Positions 63,680-64,000 of a stretch of DNA of 64,000 nucleotides are shown one piece after another. Within the stretch, counting starts at the first letter, position 1, and every line of letters begins with the position of its first letter. Location of the stretch: assembly GCA_002269645.1 (NCBI GenBank), contig NIVC01001901.1, forward strand, positions 1 through 64,000. The letters are read 5' to 3'. The translations under genes and the position numbers were made by a program. Source of the stretch: Macrostomum lignano. Taxonomy: Eukaryota. Under the pieces are notes generated by a model that worked only from the letters and a program-made list of their open reading frames with translations, made no database searches and had not been told where the DNA came from.

Positions 63680-64000
63680 AGTCAGAGAAAAAAATATAGA
63701 GAAGAATGAACAAATAGAGGAGAGATGATAGAGAAGAAAGTAGATATGAGAGAAGACAGATTAGAGATAACAGATGGGAGAGAAGAAAGGAGTAAGGTAG
63801 GAATGAAGAGGGAGAGAGAAGAGAAGACAAGAGAAGAGATGAGAGGGGAGTTATGAGATAGCAGAGAGGAGACAGGAGAGATTAGAGAAGAAAGGAGGGA
63901 TAAGAGCATACAGCTAAAATAAAAGAGAGGAGAGAGATAAAAGATCAGAGATGAGAGAGTTAAGAGAAGAAAGTAGTAAGGATAAAGAAAGAGGGTAAAG
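63680..64000. repeat. Degenerate AG-rich low-complexity tract running off the window edge
   Basis: Seen directly. Confidence 0.85.

Overview
Eukaryotic (metazoan) genomic DNA with spliceosomal introns, GC-rich low-complexity exons and an extreme load of micro- and minisatellites. The style fits a free-living flatworm such as Macrostomum, but that is inference only. Four protein-coding loci can be reconstructed by splice phase. (1) A + strand gene at 327-5085 with a J-domain (HPD), a FYVE-like Cys-rich module, a DUF1598-like region and a C-terminal module resembling bacterial polymorphic-toxin tips; it carries two frame disruptions. (2) A 4-exon Ski/SnoN gene on the - strand (35062-31207). (3) A divergent 17-exon, about 2016-aa SOGA/MTCL-family coiled-coil gene on the + strand (39750-54577) with a PEAK1/MPRIP-type N-terminal Cys/His motif. 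(4) A tetraspanin on the - strand (60007 or upstream, to 56130). The rest is a decayed Tc1/IS630-like transposon, two MITEs, two tRNA-derived SINE families, a 10.8-kb 29-bp satellite and many tandem arrays. Most long ORFs in the supplied track are artefacts of stop-free repeats. No rRNA, true tRNA or CRISPR array was found. The best candidate for something new is locus 1.
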